Positions 38,013-50,735 of a stretch of 64,000 bases of DNA are shown here, piece by piece (position 1 is the first letter of the stretch; each line of letters begins with the position of its first letter). The DNA comes from Vicugna vicugna. Its lineage: Eukaryota. The stretch spans positions 320,048-384,047 of the forward strand of contig MU057947.1 in the NCBI GenBank assembly GCA_013265495.1, in the 5' to 3' direction. The position numbers were made by a program, and so were the translations under genes. The notes under the pieces are model-generated. The model did not search any database, was not told where the DNA came from, and worked only from the letters and a program-made list of their open reading frames with translations.

Positions 38013-39294
38013 CGGGAGGCTGAGAATGTGGGCCACTGAGCTCCCTTGGCCTCTGGCGATGTCTTGGCTGCATGCAGAGCAGGGAAAGGCCAGCTTCCAG
38101 TGTCTCCCCAGGAAGTGGCTCCCATCAGCATCACTCAGGTCAACAGGCCACCTCATCCTGGCTGTGCTTCCTCATGGACAGTTCCTTCTTCATCAAGGGT
38201 CCACCCCCGGCCCTGCCACGTGGAGCCAAAACTGACGAAGGCAAATCTCAGCCCAACAGGGGCAGCCACGATGGGCTGGGCATTAAAGTGACCTGTCGGC
38301 TAAGAGGAGCCTCTGACCAGTTGATAGGTCCCAGTTGGGTGGGGACAGCCACCGCCATCAGCCCTCATCACCTGAGAACCTTGCCTGTGAGGTGCAGGCC
38401 GAGGGGGAGACTAGACAGCCCCCTGGAGGAGATGAGATGGCCCGGACACCAGGCGTGGGCCCCAGGGATGCTGGGCCGGCCTGAGGACAGGCCACACTGA
38501 GGGCTGGGACAGAGGCTGCCTCCTCTGTCTCCATGAGCCCCAAGCTACATCCAGGAGCAGCTGTCCATTGTGTCATCACCCTCAGTCCTCTCTTGATGAT
38601 AAATGCTTTCCACGACGGTGCTTTTGCTGCAGGAACCACAGGGAACATAAGGATGGGGGCCCCGGGCAGCGGGGAGGCAGGAGCAGAGGTTTCCTAGGCC
38701 TGCAATCCTCCTAAGCCAGGCTGGCCTTCGAGGTGTGGGCCATGGTCACCCTGGAGAGAGGTGCCGAGAGCAGCCAGTCTGCCCACTGCCCCCCTGAGTC
38801 CCTGCAATCCATGCTCCTGGGAAGCTGTCCTCCGGGTCAGGGATGAAGCCTTGGCCGGGGCATGACCTCCTCTACCCCCGCCAGGGCTTTCCTGGTGCCC
38901 CTCCCCCCTCCCACCTCTCCCCAGGCCACCCGCCCACCCCGAACCCGGAGCCCCTGCTGCTTCAACCTCCGAGTCACCCAGGACGCAGACCTCCTCCAGG
39001 GAGGAGAGGGTGTTTTCTCCCCAGAAGCAGCCCAGGGTGCGCAGGCAGCCCTGGCTGAGCACGGGGCACCGGGAGCCCCAGCCCTCAGGAGGTCAGGCCA
39101 GGACACACCTCTGCGTGCACATTTCAGCAAGACACACCAAACAGAGAACAAGCTAGCGGTGCCAGTGGGAAAGGGAAGAGGGGAGGGGCAGGGAGGAGCG
39201 GCGGAGGAAGAGGGACAACTACTATGCATAAAACACACCGGCCACGAGGACGTCCTGCACAGCACAGGGAACAGAGCCAAGACTGGATAACTTT

Positions 39295-39392
39295 AAATGA
39301 AGTATAAATCGCAAAAATACTGGATCACTAACGGTGGACATCTGAAACTAATAAAATATTACACATCAACCGTCCTTCAATAAAAAATAAAA
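39295..39392 (+). mobile_element. Short L1 3' terminus
   Basis: ggatcactaacggtggacatctgaaactaataaaatattacacatcaaccgtccttcaataaaaaataaaa; diverged copy of the 11425 motif. Confidence 0.75.
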
Positions 39393-40300
39393 TAGGCCGA
39401 GGACTTGAAGAGGCCTTTAAACAGACAGCACACAAATGGCCAACAAGTACCTGACGCTCCACCTCCCTAACCACCACGGAGACGCAAGCCCAGACCACCG
39501 CGAGAGCACCTCTCACCTGTGACAGCGGCTGCGATGGAAAAACATGAGATCAACACTGGCCAAGACGTAGAGAAAAGGGAACCCTGGTGCAAGGCCGGTG
39601 GGAATGCAAACCGGGGCAGCCACTGTGGAAAGCAGGATGGAGGTTCCTCAAAAAATTAAACATAAACTACCATATGATGCAGCCATCCACTTCTGGGTGC
39701 ACACTGCAAGGAGATGGGGTCAGGACCTCAGAGATGTCTGCACGCCCATGCTCACCGCAGCCTTATACACAAGACAGGGAAGCAACCTGACTGCTCGTCA
39801 GCAGATGAACGGACAAAGAAAGTGTGACACACGCATCACAATGGGATATATTTCAGCCATTAAAAAGGGAAGCCTTGCCTTCCGTGACAACATGGATGCA
39901 CTGGAGGGTATGACGCCGAGTGAAGTAAGACAGACACAGAAAGACAAAGACTGCATGCTGTAAGGAGCAGTAATATGTGGGATCTTAGGGAAGAAAGGAA
40001 GAAAAGAAAGGAAGGAAGGAAGGAAGAAAGGAAGAAAGAAAGAGCCAATATCATAACACAGAACAGAACGGCGGTTGCCGGGCGGGGGGATGGGGAAACG
40101 GGGCGAAATACCTGGAAGTCTGTGCCTTTTGACCTACATGTCCCGCAGCATCCGACGCTCAGCATGGTGACCATAGTTCACAGTGATGCATTCATTATCT
40201 TGATCTTGGTAATCACTCCACAACGTGCACGTCTATCAGATCATGTTGTACACTTTATTGACAAGTATAATTTTTCCCCTCAACTTTAAATACAAAGTTG
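39393..40300 (+). mobile_element. L1 ORF2 C-terminus plus 3' UTR, GC-enriched
   Basis: caaatggccaacaag...aagggaaccct...ggtgggaatgcaaac...ccatatgatgcagcc...tcagccattaaaaag...catgttgtacac. Confidence 0.9.
39988..40043. repeat. (GAAG/GAAA)n purine microsatellite
   Basis: Directly visible. Confidence 0.9.
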
Positions 40301-40899
40301 AGGGGAAAAACAAAGACAGACTGGGGTAAAAAAAACAACAACAGCTGATCAATCTACAGGCCGCGGTGTGTGGACAACTGCTGTTTCTCAAGCTAAGCCG
40401 CCAAGGAGGTGAGCGAGAGGACACCAACGCTGAGCGCAGTTTCGCTGTTAGAAAGCAAATCCAGTCAGACTCTGCGCACGGATGAGAATGTCCAAGGAGC
40501 CCCTGGCTGGGCCATCACACTTACCACGTGGGCAGGACAGGCCACTCCAGGGGCTTAAACCACAGAATGCTGCTTGCATAGACGCGCAATCAGCAAAGAC
40601 AGGCTCACTGGGAGAAAGGGCTCTAGACGTGGCTTGAGAAGTCGGGGTTCCAGTTCTGGGCCACTGCTTCCTGGCCTGTGCCTGAGACAAGCTACAGGGC
40701 CTCAGAGCGTCGCCTCACAAAGCAAATGAGCCCGCCGTCCTGGGACCACAGTCACACTAAATGAGACGGCACCCAGGGAGTGCATCCTGGAGCCTAATTC
40801 AACCAACATTTGTGTCCTCAAATTCTCAGGCCAGATCAGATGATCTTACAATTTAAACCCATGCCTCTCTGGCCCAATGCTCCTGCTGCATGAATGCCT

Positions 40900-41450
40900 C
40901 CTACAGAAACAACTGCACAAGCGCTCCCAGAAAATGAGCACAGGTGCCCACAGCAGCTCCCATGTGAAGGTGAAAGACTGGAAATAGCCTAGGTGCCCAT
41001 CAGGAGGGGCCTGTAAAAGAGAAAACCACGCTGCATCCAGGCCGTGCCTACCCTGCAGCGTTAGGAAAATGGACTTCAGGAAGTAACGGCCAGTGAAGGG
41101 AGAGAGCAGGTTTGCAAATCAGCATACAGAGTCAGTCCTATTTGTTGAGAAAGGTGAAAAAAGATGGACACTTCTCATTCACACCTTTTGTGTTGTACGA
41201 ACTTTCCACTTAAGACGGAAAGCCAAAAGAACATCTCCTACGGTCAAAGAAAAACCCCTGCGCCTGTCCCCATGCAGCAGGGAGAGGGGACTCGATGCAG
41301 GGAATTTCGCGGGGACGCACCAAGGTGAGCAGGGAATGAATGAGACGCAGGCTGCGGCTCCGCTCACGCGTAGATGGGAGACGTGGCTAACGGAACATCT
41401 CTGTCTTTTGTCCGTGAGATGTTTCAGGCTGCGGCTAAGCCCCGATGACA
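40900..41450 (+). mobile_element. Very old L1 (L1ME-like) 3' fragments
   Basis: aagactggaaatagcctaggtgcccatcaggagggg and agagcaggtttgcaaatcagcatacagagtcagtcctatttg. Confidence 0.5.
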
Positions 41451-43849
41451 TCTAACACACGTGAATACAAAGGAGCAAGCGTGCCACAGGCCCAGTTAGG
41501 GACTTAGAATAAAGACCAAAAAAAAAAGTATAATACAATGGTGAATATTGTCAGATAAAGTCAGCTGCCAAATGTCTGCACTCTGAATTTCATCTCCAGC
41601 TGGGAGAAAATGCCCACGGATCCCAGAACACTGGAATAAAACTCCATGTGGTTCTGTTTTTATGGGTGAATCTGAAACCAGGTGGTTCTGGAAAAAGAGT
41701 TCCCACAGCCCTTGCCCTCCTGCGGTTCCTCCGGATGCTTAGAATGTTTTCCTAAAATGAAATTACAAACATGAATCTCTTATATGCAAGCAAACTTTTA
41801 TACCAAGTATGCCAATTACAGGCTTGTCATTTTCCCTCTGTAAACCCCAATTTTGAGCCATAAAAAATGTGCTTATGATACAACATTCTGAGCTCAAAAG
41901 AATCAATTGTTCTTTGTGGGGGGAGGTGGGGGGGACTTGCAAATGTCTTCTTAACTTTCTTAAGGGAAAACAATCATACAGAAATTAACCATCACTGGTT
42001 TTGATCAGAATTCAGTGATTCTCTATCCTCATACCATTTCTAAATGTTTTTAAATGTTAAGTCATAGATAATCTTTTCTAAAACTATGGGGGGGGGTTCC
42101 TCCTGGAAATGGACAGAGGAAGAGTTTAAGTGCATAGGGAGGGAAATAAGGATTTTTTAAAAATAAGGCAAATGAGAAAATGCATGGGATGACCGCGTAC
42201 TGTTTGAGAACGTGCCAGAGAGCGTGTGGATGCAAGTCCACCCCTCCGAGCTCAGTGTGTCGGCACCTGTTTTCTGACACCTGGACCCCACGGCGTTGGG
42301 GAAACAATGGGCTCTGAAACCAAACTCAGAACTGTCTGTCATTAGGCGTACTAAGCCACATGCTTAACCTTACTTCAATGGAGGGTTTTCGTGCGGCTTA
42401 ATACAGCTATACCTTTTTCTAGCTGCACATACTCTAACTTTGACACATTTGAAGATAGAAGATCTACAGGGAAATGTAGAATCAAAAGCCGTAAGACACT
42501 GGGTTACAGTTCACGAGAATTTGCAATTTAAGTACATGATGACTGAAAAAAGGATGGAGGGGCATCGGGAAGTGCATCTCTCCACCGCTACGTCCAGGAG
42601 CAGGTTAATTAAGTCACCGACGTGCTGCAGAGAAGAGTGTAAAACACCGTGATCAAGTGAACTCTTCTCTGGGGTTACACAATTTATAACCCACACCATT
42701 CTCGGAGGAGGAGCAGCTCCGCCAGGCTTCCGAAGAGACAGCTCCGAGGCGCTCAGCATCCCCAGCAGAGGAGAAGGGAGAGGACTGGGCAGCACGCCCT
42801 TCCGGCACGCACCATCAGACGCTGTCCTGGCTGCACGCTGGCCTGGGAGCATGGACCTGAAGAGGGTGTGCTCGGCCAGCAAAGGGTGCCCACCTCCACG
42901 AGGAGTGCCAAGGGGGGGCCACCTCTACATCTCAGATGGGGTCACGGACACACAGGGGAGCCTGCTGCCTCCCAGGCCTGAGCCTTTTTGTCCCAAAGGA
43001 GAGAGCTCTTCCCTGGTGCTCCACCCAGCACCCACCCAGCCTGGTAAACACATCAGAACCCAGAGTGTGAATTCGATACATGCAGCCCTAGAATGTAGGC
43101 TACACTCAGAGTTTCTGTTTCAAGTTAAACCACATCACTTTGCATCTGTCTTCATCTGCTGCACCCGGAATAATGAAGGTGCAACTGCATTTACTGGGTA
43201 GTAGCCATGCATTTGCGATGCACACAAATCACCACCACCCCCAAAATGTGTCCTCTGAACCACTCCTCCCTCACTTAATCCACCCTAATTCCTGCTCTCA
43301 GGGGCTTCAACTAAGCTCCAAAAGCCAGGGAAAAGGCAAGCAGAGTTCTCCCCAAAAGGGCTTCCACCCTAACAGGGCGGTGGGGGTTGAAATGTGAAAT
43401 TGCTGAGACCTGACAACCGTCCACGGAGCCTAGCAGGGCAGCGGGGCTGCTGTTCTGACATGAGAGACTCAGAAGTTGGCAGCAGGTGGGAACCTGTGAG
43501 TCCAGGGCAGGCTCTGGCCAGGATGCACACGGCCCCCAGTGCCGTGCTCACTAATCACCCCCATGAGAAGGCTCCTGCTCCTTAAAGCAACCAATCACAC
43601 CTCTCATCCAGCTGCCCGGAAAGAAACCTTCAGCTCACAGGTGACAACCCCACACGAGGGGAAGACAGGACTTAGCAAGCCCCCAAATGAGCCCCTTTGC
43701 ATCTGGTCCTGAATCCCAGTCATCCAGCTTTCAGTGGGCTGTGAAATTAAGCACAGTCTCCACTCCTTGCCTCTCCCCTCTCTGCCAAGGTCCCACAGGC
43801 AATCCCAGGCGCCTGCCCTAGTTGAGCAAACAAAACTTGCCTTGTGGGC

Positions 43850-44003
43850 TTAGAAGCCACTCTGCTACCCCAACTTCTTGCAGGATAAGATGGGGTGCAT
43901 CACTGAGCCGCCCTGAGCCTGCATCTTCTCACCTGCAAAATAGGACAATACTGCACACCAGAGACAAGGTCCATGACAGAAAGCAGGTGCTCAGTAAATG
44001 GTA
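43850..44003 (+). mobile_element. MIR SINE fragment
   Basis: ctgagcctgcatcttctcacctgcaaaataggacaata...aggtgctcagtaaatgg. Confidence 0.7.
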
Positions 44004-44154
44004 ACACAGAGTCTACGTGAGCAGAACAGGGGAGGGGTCAGTATTAAAATACCCAGCCATCTCTTTTAGAAAAAATATCTTGTATCCACTCTTCTTAGAG
44101 AGACATGCTCCATCTGGTTTGCCTGGCAGCACAACACACTCTCTTCCGGATGCT

Positions 44155-44615
44155 CTGGAAGGCTGGAGAAGGGTCCCCCCCAATCCCTGGAGCCTGTGAA
44201 CGAGATCTCACACGGGAGAATGAACTTTGTTACGTGTGACTAAGTGAGGATGGAGTGGAGAGATTACCCTGAACTACAGGGTGGGCCCTAAAGCCGTCAC
44301 AACTGTCCTTCTAAGAGAGGGTCAGAGGGAGGTTAGACAAGAAGAGAAGAGGAGGAGGCCGTGGGAAGACAGAGGCAGAGACTGGAGTGATGTTGACACC
44401 AGCCAAGGAGTGCCGGCCGCAACCAGGAGCAGGAAGAGGCAAGGCAGGATCCACCCTGAGAGCCTCTGGGGGAGTGCGGCCTGGCCGCACCTCGATTTCA
44501 TCCCGGGGACGTGGTTTCAGACGTCCGACCCCAGACGGGTGGAGAATAAATTCCTGTTGCTTTAAGCCCCCCAGTCTGTGGTAATTCGCTGTGGCAGCCA
44601 CAGGAAAGGCTCTCA
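44155..44615 (+). mobile_element. MaLR LTR (MLT1B/C-like)
   Basis: aatccctggagcctgtgaa...gaagacagaggcagagactggagtgatg...agccaagga...agaataaattcctgttgctttaagcc...ggcagccacaggaaa. Confidence 0.9.
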
Positions 44616-45494
44616 GAGGCCACGGCAGAAGAGAGTTTTACGGAAGGACAGAACCCAGCGCCCTGCAGGCTGTTCTCTGAATGGAGAGCGCGCTCTGTGT
44701 CTGCCCACTTCGAGGGGGTGGGGGCCCTGCTCCTGGACACCACGCTTAGAAGCCCCAGCACCTCCCAGTTCACGGGCCAAAGGAGCGGCTGAAGATACGC
44801 TGTGGGAGAGAACAGAAGGCCAGCGCCTTTCTGCTCCACGTTCCTTAAGCATCAGTAGGACACTGGATGCATTTGTTTTGCCAGTAATCCCCTCTAGCAC
44901 CCCTGTACCCCACTTCAGCCTCGCTCCACCTCTACCTGTTCTCAGGAGAACCCAGAATGGCTTGGGTCCGTCTGCGTCAGATGCTTCAGAATTTAGAGAA
45001 TGACACACCCAGCTCGTTATATGAGGGAAACCACAGAGCCAACCGTCTGAACGAGGGCAGAGCGAACAGGAGTCCCACCGGAAGTGAGCTGGGCACCCAG
45101 CTTCTTACCTACAAGGCAGCACTTCACAAACTCACGTTCACACAAATCGCCTGGAAGTCTCTGGACATGAGGGTGATCTGGCTGTGACATCTGTCACCCC
45201 ACTGTCCGCCAGGGCTGATCTGGCCGGTCGGGCCAGCTAGGCGGGGGTCTCCTTCCTCCCTCACCGCTCTGTGTGCGTCCTGCCCCTCCCGAAGCTGCAG
45301 GCTCCGCTGAAGAGCACGACCTTCCCCAAGAGGAGGACCGTGCTTTGGTCAGGGGTATACGAGGAGCCGTGCTCCCCTGCTAGAACCTCCAAACGAGCTC
45401 TCACGGTCCATTTGTAGCAGAAAGTAGGGTCGCCAAGCTTCCAAGACTCCAGCACACTCAAATGAGGCGCTGCACGTGGCAGTCTGCCTTTCTG

Positions 45495-45575
45495 AGCCTC
45501 TGCGTTTCCAATGAGCTCCCAGCCCGCGCAGAGGCGGCTGGTCCCTGGACCACATTCTGACCAGCAGGACTGCAG
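45495..45575. mobile_element. MER5-like hAT fragment
   Basis: tgcgtttccaatgagctcccag...ggctggtccctggaccacattctga. Confidence 0.55.
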
Positions 45576-47255
45576 GACACGTGCAGCCGTGTGCACACAT
45601 GAACTCAGTGTATCTGTTAGGTGAAGGAAGTGTCCGAGGAGACCCACACTGTGAAGCCCACAAGGCCAGTATTGTAGAGAGGGTGCGGGCATGGGTTCAC
45701 GCAAACGTGTGTAAATTCACGCTTTCTTCCCACAAGTTGGACAAAGAAGTGAACACCGAGGGGTAAAAATGTCATCAACCCTGCAGCAAAGAACAGCAGC
45801 AAAACCGGTTTTGCTTCTCCTACAGAAAAGATAACTCGAATATTGAACTCAACTTGAGAGATGAAGTCAACAGGACAAACATGGAGCAAATAAAGAGCAC
45901 CCCACTGGTGGGCTGTGTGTTCCTGGCCGCAAGGAACCAAATAAAATGGCATTTTAATGCTCCAGACAAAACCATAACAACATGGTCAGCTCAAATACAA
46001 GAGATGCACTGATGAATGCAGAAAAAAGCAGAAATACAAGAGGGTGAAGGTAGGGCAGCAGCAGACCGGGGGCTCTGTGTCTAGAAGCAGGCAGGGCGTC
46101 ACAGGTCAGACCCAGTGGCACAAAAGGGACGACAGAGCGTCATCAAAACAGATAAATTGAGCCAAAATCACTGCTGGTGAAGGCAGAAGGGGCTCCTCCT
46201 TTCCCTTCTCTCACAAAAGGAAGCCAAAAAGGGGTCAAAGTCAAATCTCGCCCCTCACTGGCTCTGTGACGGTAACACACCCAGCATCACAGCAGAGCCG
46301 CCTCACTTCTGCTGGAGACACAGTGAGCTGTGTGCAGGCGACAGCCAGACACCAGGGAGGGAGGAAAGAAGAGACAGAGAGTATGAACACAAGCCACAAA
46401 AACACAAATCCTCCCACGCACAAAAAGCCCACACACTGAAATTCCAAAACACAGAAAGCAAACCTCACACAAAGACAGACGTGTAGTAAAGACAATAGGG
46501 CAAATTCATTCCAGACACAATGGAGTTCATAGAAGAGCTGGCAAAAACCTTACAATAAGTTATTTTTAAATTGTTAAAGGGATAAATAAAACATCTAACA
46601 CATCCATAAACAATTTTAAATTATGAATAAAAGAGAAATACATGAAATAACAATAGGAGACAGAATCAATCATAACATCTTAGAAGTGAAATATATAGTC
46701 ACTAAGAAGTTTTAATTTACAAGACAGGATAAACTAACAGGAACACAGTCCAGAGCAAAGTGTAAAATGGGTGAGAGAGCTGAGGCTCACCCCAAGTGCG
46801 GAGAGTGGTAACAATTTTTTTAACGTATAAACATCTGTTAAGAAGCAGGGAGAAAAGATGGAGATGTTCCAATATATATCAAATTGGAGTTCTTAAAACT
46901 AAGAATAGGAAAGAAGTGAGATTTGAAAATTTAAAATAAATAATAGATAAGAACTTAACAGAACTGGAGAAAGGCAAGTGTGTCCCATCAGAACAAATAA
47001 AAATAACCTATGACTAGGTCGTGTAATGAAATACAGAACACTGAAACTAAGGAAACAACCTCAAAGGCTTCAAGGAAAAGAGCTTGCCTATAAAGGAATG
47101 GCAAGTACAATATCTAAAGATTTCTCACGAGTAACAAGAGACCCCAGAAGGCAATGAAGTAGTATCTTGACAATGATGAGGGGTGGGGAGGTGAGGAATA
47201 GAACCTTAACCAAAGATTTCAAACCAATCAAACTATTAACCAAGAGTGAAAGCAA

Positions 47256-48116
47256 TGCACAACGAAAACAAACTACTCATTAAAAAAAGGACAAAATACT
47301 TGAAATTTCTCCCAGGAAGATACACAAATGGCCAAGAAGCACACAAAAAGATCCTCAGCATCATTAATCACTAGGAAAATATAAATCAAAACCACAATGA
47401 GATGCTACTTAACACTCATGAGGATGGCTGTTATCAAAAAGAAAAAGAAAGCAGTGTTAGTGAGGATGTGGAGAAACTGGAACATTTACGCATTGCTGGT
47501 GTAAATCTAAAATAGTGTAGCCGCTGTGGAAAACCATATGGCAGCTCTTCAAAAAATTAAACATGGAATTACCATATGATCCAGCAGTTTCGGGTGGAAC
47601 TCGAAATGAAAACAGGGATTTAAACAGATACTTGTGCAGCCATGTTTATAGCAGAGCTAAGAACAACAGCAACAGCAATGTCCATGGATGTACGAATGGA
47701 TACAGTAGTCTGGCATATACCTGCAATGGAGTATTATTCAGCCTTAAAAAGGACCGACACTCTGATACCTGCTACAACATGGATGAACCTTGAAGACGGT
47801 AAGTGAAATAAGCCAGATACAAAGGACAAATATTGTGTGGTTCCACTTACATGAGGTCCCTAGAATAATCCAATGCGTGGAAACAGACCATGGAATGGTG
47901 GTTGCCAGGGGGAGAGGGAGGGAAAAAATCAACAATTATTGTTAATGGGTGAGGAGCTGCAGTTTGGGAAGATGAAAAATTCTGGAGATAGATGATGGTA
48001 ATGGTTGGACAACAATGAGAATGTAAGTATGCCAATGACCTGTACACTTGAAATGTTTAAATGGTAAATTTCATGTTATGAATACTTAATCATAATAAAA
48101 AGTTACAACCATAAAA
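47256..48116 (+). mobile_element. L1 (L1MA/MB-like) 3' fragment nested in the older L1
   Basis: ORF2 end plus 3' UTR; TSD aagagtgaaagcaa 47242-47255 / aagggtgaaagcaa 48117-48130. Confidence 0.9.
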
Positions 48117-48574
48117 AAGGGTGAAAGCAAAATAAATACATTTTTACCTATACAAAGATTTAGTGACTTTACATCCTACAGATCCCAGTTCTTAAAAAAA
48201 GGAAAACTACTTGCATTTAGGAGGGAAAAAAGTAAACTGAGAAGCAACTTATGAGAAATGAGAAGCAAAAATGAGCAATGCAACTGAGAAAATATAACAA
48301 TAAATTTAACTTACCTTTTTGAATAACTTTTTGTATTAAACAACAGCAGTCAAACTCGAACAACAGTATCCACATGCTAAGGTCTTTATTGTGATCAGAA
48401 GAAAACAGAAATAATGAACCACTGTAGCCTTTTGTTACAAAAATTTTAAATATCTTAAAGTTTTAAGGATAATCACCAAAAGAACAGAAATACAATCAAC
48501 AGCTTCCAAACTAGCAGAGGTGAAAAAATCTCTCACAAAACATTTAATCAATTTTCAAAGTAATAAAAGGTTAA

Positions 48575-48700
48575 AAAGAAGGCAAAGAAATAGAGGGGGA
48601 AACAAAGAAGAAACAAACAAAAAGAAAGGAAAAAAGGAAGAAAGAGAGAGGGGGTAAGGAAGGAAGGAAGGATGGGAGGAAGAGAGAGGAAAGAAAGAAA
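48575..48700. repeat. GA-rich low-complexity tract
   Basis: Directly visible. Confidence 0.8.
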
Positions 48701-49474
48701 TTGATATTAACAAAAAATAAAGTAACATAGTAAATATAAAACCAAACATGTTTATAAATTAATCACAAAAATATTAATGGGTTAAATTTACCCGTTAAAA
48801 GAAGATGTTAGCTGACTGCATTTTTAAGAAATCTAGGTATACACCATTTATAAGGAACACACATAAGACAAATCCACACAGATAAATTGAAAATAAATAG
48901 AAAGATATAACACATATTATCCAAAAGTAAAGGAGGGCTCACTATATTAATATAAAATAAAATGCAACTTAAGCCAAAACTATTAATTACTATAAAAAGT
49001 GACACCATAGCATAGGAAGAAAATCACTGAGAAGGTATCAACAATTACAGACAGTCCCCTTCTAACAATATAGCTCCTAAATGTAACAGCAAGTCCAAAC
49101 TGGCAACATTATAAGGGTAAATTAACAAAACCACAGTTACAGTATTTGTAAGCTATGAATTACAAATATAAGAAACTTCCTTAACCTGACAAAGGACATT
49201 TATTCAACACCTACTACATACATCACACAAACATCACATGAGACTTTAAATGGTCTCCTTAAAACTGAGGATAAGACAAGGATGCCTGCTACCACTACTT
49301 ACATTTAACACTGTTTTGGACATTCTAGCCAATGCAATAAGAAAAGAAAAATATATTAATGTTTTAGAAATAGCAAAAGAAGACCTGATATAATAGTCTA
49401 TTTATAAATTCAAGAAAATCTATAGATAAATGTTAGAAACAGTGAGAGTTCAGTATGGTTACTAGATATCAAAC

Positions 49475-49931
49475 TGTGGTAGGCAGAATAATGGTCCCCA
49501 ATGATGTCCACCTCCTAATTCCCCACATCTGTGAATATGCTACCTTGCATGGCAAAATGGACTTTGCAGATGTGATTAAGATCAAGGGCCTGGAAATGGA
49601 GTGATTATTCTGGATTATTCAAGGTGGGTCCAATCTAACTCCATGGTCCTTTAAAGTGGAGATGCGACAATGAAAGGAAGGTCAGGGAGGAGCAAAATTG
49701 CTTCCATTTGAAGATGAAAAAGAAGACCGTGAACCAAGGAACTAGCCTCCAGAGAGTGGGAAAAGGCAAGGAAACAGATTTTCCCCAGAGCCTCAAGAAG
49801 GAACACAGCCCTACTGACATATCTTCATTTCAGCCCAGTGTGACCTTTGAAGCCGTACAATAAGAAATGTATGCTGCTTTAAAATACTACACTTGTGATA
49901 CCTTTTTACAGCAGCAACAGATAACTATACA
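49475..49931 (+). mobile_element. MaLR solo LTR (MLT1D-like) nested in L1 ORF2
   Basis: TG...CA ends (tgtggtaggcagaataatggtcccc...acagcagcaacagataactataca); TSD caaac / caaat. Confidence 0.92.
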
Positions 49932-50434
49932 CAAATAAACAAATAAAAATCAATTGCATGTTCATCACCAAATATCCTTTTATACAATATAAATGTTTAA
50001 GTTCCCATTCACAATAACAATGAAAAGTCCTTGGAAATAAACCTAAAAATGATAAGAGAACAGAACTAAATATCATCAAAGGATATAAAACAACACTGAA
50101 ATAAATGAGAAGCCATATCATGGACATGAATTAGAACAGCTTATGTCATAAATATGTCAAATCTGCCAAAACTAATCTATAAAGTCAATGTAATTACAAT
50201 ACCAACAGGACTTTTTATAAAACTTTACACATAAATCTTAAAATTGAAAGAGAAGATGGTCAAGAATAGTCAAAAGAATACTGAAGACAATAAACACTGG
50301 GAGGAGATGTGCCCTCCCAGATATCAAGGCTATTATGAAAGTACATAATAAGACAACAAATTCTTCTCACAGGGAAAACAAAAGACCAATGGAACAGACT
50401 GAAAATAAAAGAATACATCTGGACTACTTCCACT

Positions 50435-50735
50435 CATACGAAATTTAAAGAAAGGCAAAGCTAAAGAATATATTGTGTAAGGATACACATGTACGTGGAA
50501 AAAGGCAAAGAAAACCAGGGGACCAATTATCATAAAAATTGGGAGGAAAGAAGGGGAGGGGATAGGATCTGGGCAGTGGCCTGCAGAAATGCTCCAAGAT
50601 ATTTTTAATGTTCTGTGTTGTAACACTGCTGATGGTTTATTATTTTGCTTTATCATCTTATTATAATCCTTAATTGTGTGTGTGTGTCTTTCTTTTCTCT
50701 TTGCATGGCAAATTCTACAATTAAAAATATTTTAA
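50435..50735 (+). mobile_element. Additional old L1 3' UTR fragment within the large L1
   Basis: aaaggcaaagctaaagaatatattgtgtaaggatacacatgtacgtggaaaaa resembles L1MD/ME 3' UTRs. Confidence 0.5.

Noticed and set aside
37537..38235. 232-aa ORF
   Set aside because: Overlaps an L2 remnant, non-ATG start, no homology recognised
40525..40681. 157-nt minus-strand exon-like segment
   Set aside because: Good donor but weak acceptor in MIR-like sequence; frame-shifting length
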